In this document: positions 1 through 9,265 of the stretch, piece by piece | How positions within the stretch are numbered: the first letter of the stretch is position 1 | Layout of the letters: every line of letters begins with the position of its first letter | Virus record (IMG/VR): IMGVR_UViG_3300035498_000530 | Coordinates: 32,001 to 96,000 of that record | Strand: one strand, 5' to 3' | DNA length: 64,000 bases | Source: a virus | Lineage: Duplodnaviria > Caudoviricetes | Notes under the pieces: model-generated | What the model was told of the DNA's origin: nothing | Seen by the model: only the letters and a program-made list of their open reading frames with translations | Database searches by the model: none | Program-made: the position numbers and the translations under genes

Positions 1-2885
1 ATACTCCAACATCAGCATGGTATCATATATTAAGAATGAATTATTCTGGTAGTACTGGTTATTTTGGTGATTTAGCTTTGTCTATTAATGATTCTGGTGG
101 TTTATACTGGCGTAGAGTTACTAATGGATCTAGTTTTGGTTGGGTCAGGACATTAGATCAAAATGGTGGTACATTATTTGATGGGAAATACTTAAAAAGG
201 ACTGGTAAATCAGCAAGTTGGTATAATGGTAGAGATAGTGCTATGATTATACAATCATCTATTGATTCATATAGCCCAATGCTATCAGCAAAAACAAGTA
301 ATGGTTCTTGGGAATTTGGTCCTTATACTAATAATTCAATGTGGTTGAGTTATATTACTGATACTAACTATTCTGCAAAGACTAATACCCAAACTGCAAA
401 ATATTCATTTGGAGCTGATGGAAATCTTACTGCGGCTAAGTTTACTGGTGCTTTGGCTGGTAATGCTTCTACTGCGACTAAATTAGCTGCAGCTAGAACA
501 ATTACATTGAGTAATGACTTGGATGGCTCTGTATCATTTGATGGTAGCGGTAATGTTACTCTTAATGCTTCTATATATTCTTGTACTGCTGCTGTTAATA
601 ATACTAATAATTATCCATATCATAGAATAGCTAAATTAGATACTATTACTGCTAGCTATGCAGATAGATGCGCATTATTATATATAACTGCAGATTATGA
701 TGGTGGTATATTCGGTATTATAAAAATAGCATTAAGAACAAATAATTCTAGTTCAGTTAGCTCAGCTACAGCTAGATGGCTGGTAAGATCTTCTAACATG
801 GCTGTAGATGCTATTCAAATTGGTATATATAATGTATATGGTTCTACATATGCAGATGTATTCTATAAATCTGCTAATGCTTATGCATCAATATCAGTAA
901 GAGCCCTCGAAGGACAAAGAGCATCTATAACAAGAACTTGGACTTTGGTAAATTCTACAGAAGTTAATAATACTACTTCATCAGATAAGCTTACTAGTAC
1001 CGAAGTATATGCTAGTATTGCTTCTGCTGGTACAGAATTACATAGTCAAGCATATTCTTCAATTAATACTGCTTCAGACTGTGGTACTGTAGGAAGTATT
1101 TCTGTTCCAAGTGGATCTTCAGACAAAATACTTACAAGTACAGGTTCTGCTAGTGAATGGAGAAATACAGCTAAACTAGTATCAGTTACTACAAAAGACT
1201 TGTATGGCAATGAAGGATTAAACTTGCATGCTTCTAATATGCAATTTGAAATTGGTAGTAATTCTAATTCATATATCAAGGTTCCTGAGAATGTAAGTGG
1301 TCAATTTGTGGTTGGTGCAATAGATGGAAAATTCTGTGGGGTTGGTATTGATCAATCCACATATGGTTCTCAAACATTAACATCTTATGATGATGATAAT
1401 GATAATGATATGCAAGATGCTACACTTTGGTTGGGAGATCCTGATAATTCAGCTTATGTTGTATTTGTAGAAGATGTTTTGGGTGGAGAAATAGATACAA
1501 GTCCTAATGATGAATCTGGTAGTGGTGTATTTGATAAATATTGGTCCATAAGTAATAATGGTAGTGCGAGATTCCGTAATAATACTATAAGTACTCTTAA
1601 GACATATAATATTCCAATTATAGATAATGGTAATGGAACTATGTCTAATGTAAACTCATATTATAAACCAGATTATCAATATACAGATCCAACATTTCGA
1701 CTTATAACAACTAGCACAGATACTATACTTTCAATTGGAGATTCTTATAGTAGCTCAATGAATAATAGTAGTGCCACAGGAAAATTAAGATTATATGGAT
1801 CTTATACAGGATATACAGATATACAAACGAAAGCATATGGGTCAAATAATACATTATCTTTACCATCAAGCACAGGTACATTAGCTATAACATCAGATAT
1901 ACCTGGGGTAAATGGCAAAGATGCAGGAAAAACTTCTACAATATATGCACCGACAACTTACGGAAGTAATGGATATGTTTTAATATCTAATGGAATGGAT
2001 AAAGCTCCAACTTGGACTAGTATGGTTCATATTACTGGAGATGAATTATATTTGGATAGTGGAAGTAGTGGAGGAAATAGTTATCTTCATGGATTTAATA
2101 ATGTAACTATAAGCACATTTACATATGATGTAATTCTAAAAGCAAATAGACATATAAGTCTCACATCTTTAACTGGATCAATAGATATAAATTCAGCAGG
2201 TTCTGTTAAGATAGCTTGTGAAGATGTTATTGATATTGATGCTGCTAGTACAATTACTATAGATTCAACAGGTGGTACTATTAATATAGATTCTACAGAA
2301 AGTAATGTATCTATTACTGCAGCTTCTGGTATTTCTTTAAATAACTCCGATGGTCAATTATCATTGCTCTCACAAGGTATTGCTGGTTGCATAGACATTA
2401 GATCAGCATATAATACAATATTATACTCTTCACATGGATCTATCAATTTAACAACTGTAGAAAATGGCATATATATAAATAGTGGTGATGACTTTACTTT
2501 AGATACTACTAATGATATGACTTTTTCATCTACTGGAAATATAATATTGGCAGCAGATTATGATTCAGTTAAATTAGAATCTGGTAAAGCTTCGGTATCA
2601 TGTGTTAATGCTAATTCCGGTGTTAATTTATATGGTACAGAAATAAATATTACTGGATCAGGAGGATTTGTAAACATAAATTCTGATAATGATATAACGA
2701 TTAAATCTAATGATGGAGGAGTTATTATATCATCAGAAAATGATATTGACATAAACTCAGTTGGAGTTACAAATATTAAAAGTCCATGTAATTATGATAC
2801 TTATTGTACTATACCATCATATATGATAACTAAAACTAAACCAACATCAGCGTATATTGATACTATGTATCTTATAGTAGAATAA
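1..2885 (+). CDS. Tail fibre / receptor-binding protein, 5'-truncated by the window edge
   Basis: Frame is open from base 3 (TPTSAWYHILR) into the ATG at 36. Contains GNASTATKLAAARTITL..GSVSFDGSGNVTL, a typical phage fibre motif, an LPSSTGTLA..SDIP module, and C-terminal S/I/D-rich beta-helix-like repeats. Confidence 0.75.
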   Translation, partial: TPTSAWYHILRMNYSGSTGYFGDLALSINDSGGLYWRRVTNGSSFGWVRTLDQNGGTLFDGKYLKRTGKSASWYNGRDSAMIIQSSIDSYSPMLSAKTSNGSWEFGPYTNNSMWLSYITDTNYSAKTNTQTAKYSFGADGNLTAAKFTGALAGNASTATKLAAARTITLSNDLDGSVSFDGSGNVTLNASIYSCTAAVNNTNNYPYHRIAKLDTITASYADRCALLYITADYDGGIFGIIKIALRTNNSSSVSSATARWLVRSSNMAVDAIQIGIYNVYGSTYADVFYKSANAYASISVRALEGQRASITRTWTLVNSTEVNNTTSSDKLTSTEVYASIASAGTELHSQAYSSINTASDCGTVGSISVPSGSSDKILTSTGSASEWRNTAKLVSVTTKDLYGNEGLNLHASNMQFEIGSNSNSYIKVPENVSGQFVVGAIDGKFCGVGIDQSTYGSQTLTSYDDDNDNDMQDATLWLGDPDNSAYVVFVEDVLGGEIDTSPNDESGSGVFDKYWSISNNGSARFRNNTISTLKTYNIPIIDNGNGTMSNVNSYYKPDYQYTDPTFRLITTSTDTILSIGDSYSSSMNNSSATGKLRLYGSYTGYTDIQTKAYGSNNTLSLPSSTGTLAITSDIPGVNGKDAGKTSTIYAPTTYGSNGYVLISNGMDKAPTWTSMVHITGDELYLDSGSSGGNSYLHGFNNVTISTFTYDVILKANRHISLTSLTGSIDINSAGSVKIACEDVIDIDAASTITIDSTGGTINIDSTESNVSITAASGISLNNSDGQLSLLSQGIAGCIDIRSAYNTILYSSHGSINLTTVENGIYINSGDDFTLDTTNDMTFSSTGNIILAADYDSVKLESGKASVSCVNANSGVNLYGTEINITGSGGFVNINSDNDITIKSNDGGVIISSENDIDINSVGVTNIKSPCNYDTYCTIPSYMITKTKPTSAYIDTMYLIVE

Positions 2886-2897
2886 AGGAGTGATAAT

Positions 2898-3512
2898 ATG
2901 CCTGAATATATTAAAGTAGGATCTGAAATTAAAGAAGTTAAACTTATATATATAAAAGATTCTGGAATTATAAAATCAGTAAAAGAAAAATATGTAAAAG
3001 TTTCAGGAGTTACACAAAAAGTATTTTCTACAAATACAAATACTCAATGGACTTGTACAAAGGTAACTGGTAATGTGGACGGATTGACAGCTGGTACTAC
3101 TTATGAATATATTATAAATTCGCAACCATATAGTAGTAATAATGTATCAGATTTAACAACAATAGACTTAAAATCAAATATCACAGTTTCCCCAGGAGAC
3201 GTATTAAGTTTAAATTTTGATCCAAATTTTCATTATGCTATTGATGAAGATGGAGATCCTGATGCTTCAGTAACTTTTGATTTTTATACATATATTAATA
3301 ATAGTAATTGGATAGATGATACATATGAAATAGATAAAGATAATTGGAGTTCTGTAACTGGTTCTTATACGTATAAAGGTACAACTTCAGGAACTTTAAG
3401 TATAAAGATTACTCTTGGACCTGGTGCAGATTCTAGTGATACTAGTAGCGGAATTAATTTAGATTATTTTTATTTATATCTAAATAATAAAGCAATATTA
3501 ATATTACGATAG
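2898..3512 (+). CDS. Tail-fibre-associated protein
   Basis: AAGGAG RBS; N-terminal YIKV..IKEVK..YIK repeat typical of fibre accessory proteins; beta-rich. Confidence 0.5.
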   Translation: MPEYIKVGSEIKEVKLIYIKDSGIIKSVKEKYVKVSGVTQKVFSTNTNTQWTCTKVTGNVDGLTAGTTYEYIINSQPYSSNNVSDLTTIDLKSNITVSPGDVLSLNFDPNFHYAIDEDGDPDASVTFDFYTYINNSNWIDDTYEIDKDNWSSVTGSYTYKGTTSGTLSIKITLGPGADSSDTSSGINLDYFYLYLNNKAILILR

Positions 3513-3535
3513 AACATAAACAGGAGGAATGCAAA

Positions 3536-4006
3536 ATGTCAGTTAAATTATTATTAAACAATTCTGATAAAGAATTAGATTTGGTATCAGTATATGGAGA
3601 AACAAGATATAATGACGATGGTAGTACGTCTCCATTATTAAAATTCTTATTTAACCCTGATGAATTCAGTATGTCAGAATTGTATACTTTGTTTTCTAAT
3701 AAAGAATCTTTAGAATCTTTTGATATTATAGATATAAATATAAAAAGAGATGTAGATTTTGAAGGAAATGAAAAACTTACTGAGGAAAGGACTCCTTATA
3801 GATATACTAATTATTCTGAATTGGTGTCTGTATCTTTTAATAGTCATATTACAGCAAAAGCTACAGATATAACTCCTCAAATGGAAGAAAAATCTATAGA
3901 AGTAGTCCTTGCTCAATTATCATATATAGATGTATTATTAAAAGAACGTGAAGAACTTATAGATGCACAAGCTGAAGCTATGGCTGAAATTCTTTGCGGT
4001 GAATAA
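3536..4006 (+). CDS. Putative tail-fibre chaperone-like protein (paralog of 4053-4481)
   Basis: CAGGAGG RBS; shares F.F..D.....E.Y..FS....., Y..Y....L.SV, L.Q..Y.. and A.AE..AE/D with the next ORF. Confidence 0.5.
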   Translation: MSVKLLLNNSDKELDLVSVYGETRYNDDGSTSPLLKFLFNPDEFSMSELYTLFSNKESLESFDIIDINIKRDVDFEGNEKLTEERTPYRYTNYSELVSVSFNSHITAKATDITPQMEEKSIEVVLAQLSYIDVLLKEREELIDAQAEAMAEILCGE

Positions 4007-4052
4007 TACTATTCTAACAATATAATAAAAAAATTTAAAGGAGGCTAATAAA

Positions 4053-4481
4053 ATGGCTAGTAAAATTATCCTTACAGATGGTACTACATTTGAATGCAAG
4101 ACAGCTATGGGCTTGAAGTCTTTCATTAGTGGTATCAATAGAGAGAGTATAACATTTAACTTTGATGCTGATAAATATGATCTTAATGAAATCTATGCAG
4201 CATTTAGTGATTCAACAAAGACTTCTGAAATTATTATTGAGGAAGGCGAAGATGAGAACGCTACACAGTATCATCACTACGATTTCACTATTCTTGCATC
4301 TGTTACAGTTAAGGAGCAGACTATTTCTAAAGAAACAAATGATAGTCCTGCTGTTACAGATAAGGTAATCACTGCTACACTTGGTCAGAGAACATACTCT
4401 GAGAAGCAGATTGATTCTAAGAATGAAGAAATTGATGCTATTGCTGAAGTACTCGCTGATCTTATAGGAGGTGCAGAATAA
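4053..4481 (+). CDS. Putative tail-fibre chaperone-like protein
   Basis: AAGGAGG RBS; late motif at 4016; paralog of the preceding ORF. Confidence 0.55.
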   Translation: MASKIILTDGTTFECKTAMGLKSFISGINRESITFNFDADKYDLNEIYAAFSDSTKTSEIIIEEGEDENATQYHHYDFTILASVTVKEQTISKETNDSPAVTDKVITATLGQRTYSEKQIDSKNEEIDAIAEVLADLIGGAE

Positions 4482-4630
4482 TGACAAACGCACAGCTTAA
4501 AATTATCATCTACGCAGTAAAGTCAAGAATTAAGCGTGGTGAGGATATTACTGAAATTATTGCTTCTTATCCAAAACTTTCAGAAGAGGAAATTACTAAG
4601 GTTAAAGAGGCTGTAGGTATTACAGAGTAA
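4481..4630 (+). CDS. 49-aa small phage protein (XkdX/CD1375-like position), absent from the ORF track
   Basis: TAATG overlap with the upstream stop; GGAGG RBS; MTNAQLKIIIYAVKSRIKRGEDITEIIASYPKLSEEEITKVKEAVGITE; followed by a terminator. Confidence 0.75.
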   Translation: MTNAQLKIIIYAVKSRIKRGEDITEIIASYPKLSEEEITKVKEAVGITE

Positions 4631-4638
4631 TACATATC

Positions 4639-4678
4639 AAGAGAAGAGGGTTAATATCCTCTTCTCTTTATTTTGTTT
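4639..4678 (+). terminator. Intrinsic terminator
   Basis: AAGAGAAGAGG/CCTCTTCTCTT stem followed by a T-tract. Confidence 0.8.
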
Positions 4679-4690
4679 AACATAGTAATA
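4679..4690 (+). promoter_or_regulatory. Late-type promoter AACA-N6-TA (representative plus-strand copy; others at 4016, 9228, 13221, 23453, 61806)
   Basis: AACA-TAGTAA-TA immediately after a terminator and shortly before an AAGGAGG RBS; the same spacing recurs ahead of most structural operons; matches the AR9 late consensus AACA-N6-TA/G. Confidence 0.75.
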
Positions 4691-4717
4691 ATAGACTAAT
4701 TTAAGGAGGTATACTAA

Positions 4718-6799
4718 ATGCTGAAGGTAGATTATGTCGATATACCTAAGAGATGGAGTGATGATAAAGACATATCTGAGTTTTATCCTTGTGGTGGCGA
4801 TGCGTACTTAAGCGAATTATCTAAGGAAGAAGTACGTATATTCAGAACCAAAGAAGATAAGAAATATTTAGATATGTGGGTATCTGAATCTGAAGGTGAA
4901 AATATCGCAGAAAATAGAGTAAGAATACTTCTTAATGGATTATGTATTGTTGATACAGTAGAAGATCTTATAGACTACAAATTCAAATCTATTAATTATA
5001 TCTACTTAGTAAAGAAACTTACTAGTGAATCTTTAATAGAGAATGTTCTATATAAGTTCTATGGATGTTCTGATAATGATACACTTGTATATACTGATAT
5101 GGAAGAAGATCCATACATATATAGAGGAAAAAATAAAGAAGATAAGATATTTGATTACTATAAAACCAAGGCTGAACTTATAAGCAGCATTGGTCAGCTT
5201 AAATCAATGGTTCCAGTATTCCTTCGTCAGACAACAAAAGAATCTGTTGTGGATTCTAGCACTGGTGAAGTAACTGGTTATCAGTTAAGAAATCAAACAA
5301 TAGCGCCATATACAATGGGTAGCTATGTATTTTTATCTAATGGTGATACTGTAGAAGAGGTTTGTTCTCAGATAAGTAAATTCCACAAGAGAAATACAAT
5401 TGTAACAGTAAATTCAGACTTAGTAACATTAAAGACTTATACTGACTGGAATGAACATACTACAGTTGGTACTTTGATAGTTCCATTTACTGTTCCAGTA
5501 GATAACTTTTTTGAATATACATCTAATAGTACATCAAGTACAGATGAGATAGAGTCTGATTATATGGATGTATATATTGGTTCTACTTATATATCTCAAG
5601 ATAGATATAAGATAAGAAAGAACTTTACATACGAGGGAAAGAAATATGATTATGTATTAGATTTCAGAGATGCATCAGATATAACAGATGACTATAATTC
5701 TGGTATAACTACTGATGGTTATTATGATAAATCAGATGCAGATCATACAAACGTATATAAATACGTTATTGAGGAAAATAGAAGTGTATATATTACATTT
5801 TACTATAACTCATATCCAGAAGTTGATTCTCCTATAATGAGATTGATTGATGGTCATGATATAATAAAAGAATCTATCCCTGTAGATAGATTAGAAGATG
5901 TATCAACAACATCAAAATCTACTGGTGAAACAACTTTGGTTACAGCAAGTGCTTTGAGAGAACTTAAAGAAGAATTTATAGATTCTCTTGAGCGTTTCAC
6001 AGGAAATAATGTATTACATCTTGATTCTGAATCTGTTTCAGGTAAAGTATTAGATGTAGATCCATATTTCATATTTAAAGCAGTAGTTCCAACTGGTAAA
6101 GGATTAATCCTTAATAAGAGGTCTGGGTCTACTATATTCTTAAAGCTTGATAGAGCTTTAACAACTAATGCACAAGTATTATTGAGTGGTATCTATGATG
6201 ATCAGAGTATGAGTACAACTTGGGGAGATACAATGCTTTATCCAATATATACTCCTGATGATGTTAGATATAATAATTATGATGGTACTAGTGAAGATGC
6301 AGATACAACTGTAACTGACTCCGAATCATATCCAGTTTCTGGTTATGAATTCAACAAAGGAGATATAGTTCAGCTTGTATATAATGATGTAAAGACTTCT
6401 GGTGAATCAACCGAAGGAAGATTTTACGTTAATAATGGCTCTAGGTATAGATTAGTAGAGATAAATGCAACTGCTACTAGAAACTTACCTATAGTAATAG
6501 ATGAATCAGAGTATCCTTTGGATGAAACAAGTGATATTAATATATATCTTGCTTCGGATATAGGTACTAATGATAGTGTAATGAGTAATATAAGATGTCA
6601 TCCTTCAGTAGAATATAGACATGGAGTAGATACTATATCAGTCAGAAAAGATGAAGATGTAAATGCTCTTGTTGAAGGGACAGATTATACTATAGATTAT
6701 GAACATGGAATTATTAAAGTTTTAAATATCGGTAATTTAGAAACTCCAACATTCCATATTAAAGTAACATCAATACGAAGTGTAAGAGGGGTGATTTAA
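4718..6799 (+). CDS. Virion structural protein (baseplate/tail region)
   Basis: 693 aa; late motif; AAGGAGG RBS; C-terminal LVEGTDYTIDY..GII motif common in baseplate/tail proteins. Confidence 0.5.
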   Translation: MLKVDYVDIPKRWSDDKDISEFYPCGGDAYLSELSKEEVRIFRTKEDKKYLDMWVSESEGENIAENRVRILLNGLCIVDTVEDLIDYKFKSINYIYLVKKLTSESLIENVLYKFYGCSDNDTLVYTDMEEDPYIYRGKNKEDKIFDYYKTKAELISSIGQLKSMVPVFLRQTTKESVVDSSTGEVTGYQLRNQTIAPYTMGSYVFLSNGDTVEEVCSQISKFHKRNTIVTVNSDLVTLKTYTDWNEHTTVGTLIVPFTVPVDNFFEYTSNSTSSTDEIESDYMDVYIGSTYISQDRYKIRKNFTYEGKKYDYVLDFRDASDITDDYNSGITTDGYYDKSDADHTNVYKYVIEENRSVYITFYYNSYPEVDSPIMRLIDGHDIIKESIPVDRLEDVSTTSKSTGETTLVTASALRELKEEFIDSLERFTGNNVLHLDSESVSGKVLDVDPYFIFKAVVPTGKGLILNKRSGSTIFLKLDRALTTNAQVLLSGIYDDQSMSTTWGDTMLYPIYTPDDVRYNNYDGTSEDADTTVTDSESYPVSGYEFNKGDIVQLVYNDVKTSGESTEGRFYVNNGSRYRLVEINATATRNLPIVIDESEYPLDETSDINIYLASDIGTNDSVMSNIRCHPSVEYRHGVDTISVRKDEDVNALVEGTDYTIDYEHGIIKVLNIGNLETPTFHIKVTSIRSVRGVI

Positions 6800-7588
6800 T
6801 TGATCACTAGTGGACGTTTTTACAATGAAGATAAAATAACAGAAGCTGAATTATGCGATGGATTAAGAACAATAATCCATAAAGCAGATATAGCAACTAA
6901 ACGTAGTACATATACTACACTTGATCCAGTAGTTTATGGTCCAGAAAATTATTCTACAGGAAATGTATTTGAAAAATACAGCTTGAATAATTCTATTACA
7001 TTTGGATATAGACTCAACAAGGATGATATAAATACAGATATAACTAAAACATACTATAAGGTAGCTAATGAAACAGTAAGAAGTTTTTCTACATCAGATA
7101 TTAAAACTAATGTAGATATGACTAAATTTGTTACAATTAGTGGTCCTTATGATTCTGATATTGAATTAAAAGTATCTATAACAGATAATATAGTTCAATA
7201 TAAAGAAGAAACAGATTTGTGCGGTGGTATAACCAAAGAATATACTTTCCCAATACATTTCTATAATAAGGTATTTTTAACAAGTACTTCTGGTACTATT
7301 TCTAATTTGAATGATTCAACAGTTAGTTCTTTTAGTAGTACTTTAGTAGAAGACAAAGGATCTTTTAAATTAACAGTAGAACCAGCTAGTAGTACTTATA
7401 ATATAATATTATGTACTCCTACAGCATGGGGAGATCCAGATATATCAGTAGGTGGCCTTACTGGCGGATTTATAAAATTAGATTCAACTATAAAAAGATC
7501 TATAGGAAGTAATTCAGTAGAATATAATGTATATAAATCTGTAGTAGCAGGTCTTGGTAAAACAACTATATATGTTGAATATAATTAA
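6800..7588 (+). CDS. Putative virion protein
   Basis: TTG start with GAGGGGTG RBS; T/S-rich and beta-rich; lies within the tail operon. Confidence 0.45.
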   Translation: MITSGRFYNEDKITEAELCDGLRTIIHKADIATKRSTYTTLDPVVYGPENYSTGNVFEKYSLNNSITFGYRLNKDDINTDITKTYYKVANETVRSFSTSDIKTNVDMTKFVTISGPYDSDIELKVSITDNIVQYKEETDLCGGITKEYTFPIHFYNKVFLTSTSGTISNLNDSTVSSFSSTLVEDKGSFKLTVEPASSTYNIILCTPTAWGDPDISVGGLTGGFIKLDSTIKRSIGSNSVEYNVYKSVVAGLGKTTIYVEYN

Positions 7589-7593
7589 GGAGA

Positions 7594-8064
7594 GTGATTA
7601 TATTGGCTAAAGGTATACAAGGTGGAGTTGATATAATTAATACTCTGCATCAGAAAAATGATTCTAATTTTTATATAGCTTATGCTTCTGATATATTATA
7701 TGATACTGATGGTAGAACTAAGGATACTAGTATATTAGATACAATTGATAATATCAATAAAAAATCTCCTTATTCTATTAAAGTAACTATACAGAAATCA
7801 GCTTGGTCAAATACTAACAAATACGATATAGATTTAACCAAGTATTTAACAGAAACAATACTTAGAGATTCTACAGTAATTGTTACACCATTTGACAATA
7901 GTGAGCATAATGTAGAAATAGCTAAAGCTTGTATAGAAATATATAATAAAGGAACTACATTATATTTAATTCGTAATGGACAACAAATTACGTTCGATAT
8001 GGATCTGACTATAACTGTAATCCCTGTAAATAGTAAGAATGTAATAACAACGACTACTACATAA
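7594..8064 (+). CDS. Putative tail-associated protein
   Basis: AAGGAG RBS, GTG start; VTI..SAW motif seen in tail-fibre domains. Confidence 0.45.
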   Translation: MIILAKGIQGGVDIINTLHQKNDSNFYIAYASDILYDTDGRTKDTSILDTIDNINKKSPYSIKVTIQKSAWSNTNKYDIDLTKYLTETILRDSTVIVTPFDNSEHNVEIAKACIEIYNKGTTLYLIRNGQQITFDMDLTITVIPVNSKNVITTTTT

Positions 8065-8083
8065 TTAAAAGAGGTGATTTACT

Positions 8084-8458
8084 TTGGATCTTATAATCGA
8101 TGTAATAGCCAAATACTGGCTGCAATTTCTTTGTTCTTTGCTATCTGCATTGTTAATAAAGAGCTTTGCAGTCATAAAGAAACAGTTGAATGATTTTAAA
8201 ACTCAACAAGATGCAATGAAGAATAGTGTTATAGGGCTTATCAAAGAGAGAATCAGTAGAGCACATACCTACTGGACTCAGAAAGGATATTGCCCAATAA
8301 CAGCTCTTGAATCTATTGAACTCGTTTATAATCAGCTTAAGGAACTTGAAGATAGTGAAACATATGATAATCTCATTAGAGAATTAAGAAATATGAAGCA
8401 TTATGAATCGACAAGACCACATGAGGAGGATGATTTAGATGGGTATTATAGTCAATAG
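8084..8458 (+). CDS. Holin-cluster membrane protein (1 TM)
   Basis: TTG start with AGAGGTG RBS; N-terminal hydrophobic helix; KGYCP...E.IE.VY motif typical of Firmicutes phage pre-holin genes. Confidence 0.6.
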   Translation: MDLIIDVIAKYWLQFLCSLLSALLIKSFAVIKKQLNDFKTQQDAMKNSVIGLIKERISRAHTYWTQKGYCPITALESIELVYNQLKELEDSETYDNLIRELRNMKHYESTRPHEEDDLDGYYSQ

Positions 8459-8879
8459 AGAACCTAAGTTGTCTCCAGAACAGAGACAGCATATGCAGAA
8501 AAAACAGAAAGATTTTAAGAAACTTGAAAGGAAAGATCCTCAACATAATATTAAACAAAAGGCTGTTAAACAACCTCAGGTTGTGGTTCAGAATCAAGTT
8601 TCACAAACAAAAAAGAAATTTGAGTTTTCTAAAATACTTGCAGTTAATCTTATAGCATCATACTATGTAGGTGTAATTATAGGAGTAATTTCAGTTATTG
8701 TAGATAGTTCAAATATAAATTCACTACTTACATACATAGGGGGAGTGGTAGGTGTAGGACTGTCATTCTTTTTATGGAAGGCTAAAGCCGAAAATGTAGT
8801 GAAAATAAAGAAAGATTCTGGTATGGATATAACCCAAATACCAGAAGATCAAAATTTTAGTAATATTCAAGAGTTTTAA
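8439..8879 (+). CDS. Holin-like membrane protein (2 TM)
   Basis: KKKFEFSK followed by two hydrophobic helices and WKAKAEN. Confidence 0.55.
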   Translation: MGIIVNREPKLSPEQRQHMQKKQKDFKKLERKDPQHNIKQKAVKQPQVVVQNQVSQTKKKFEFSKILAVNLIASYYVGVIIGVISVIVDSSNINSLLTYIGGVVGVGLSFFLWKAKAENVVKIKKDSGMDITQIPEDQNFSNIQEF

Positions 8880-8894
8880 AGGAGGATTGATACT

Positions 8895-9182
8895 ATGAAT
8901 TTTGATATCACAAGTATTATTGAATTGGCAACATTGATTCTTACAGGTGTGGTCTGTACATATATCATACCATATCTCAAAGAAAAACATCTTGATTGGC
9001 TTGTTAAAACAGCAGTATCTGCTGCAGAACAGGTTATGAAAGATTCTACTGGTGCTGAAAAGAAAGAATATGTTATTAAATGGCTTAATAACCGTGGTGT
9101 AACATATGATTCAGACAAGATCGATGCAGTAATCGAATCTGCAGTATATGATATTAAAGCTGCCGAAACCAATAATAATTAA
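8895..9182 (+). CDS. Phage holin, LL-H family
   Basis: N-terminal TM, then AVSAAEQ...GAEKKEYV...IDAVIESAV signature. Confidence 0.8.
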   Translation: MNFDITSIIELATLILTGVVCTYIIPYLKEKHLDWLVKTAVSAAEQVMKDSTGAEKKEYVIKWLNNRGVTYDSDKIDAVIESAVYDIKAAETNNN

Positions 9183-9188
9183 ACTCTT

Positions 9189-9223
9189 AACCCAAGGATT
9201 CTATATCCTTGGGTTTTTGTTTT
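9189..9223 (+). terminator. Intrinsic terminator
   Basis: AACCCAAGGAT/ATCCTTGGGTT stem plus T-tract. Confidence 0.8.
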
Positions 9224-9265
9224 CATCAACATATCAGTAATGAAATAATTAAGGAGGGAATTAAA

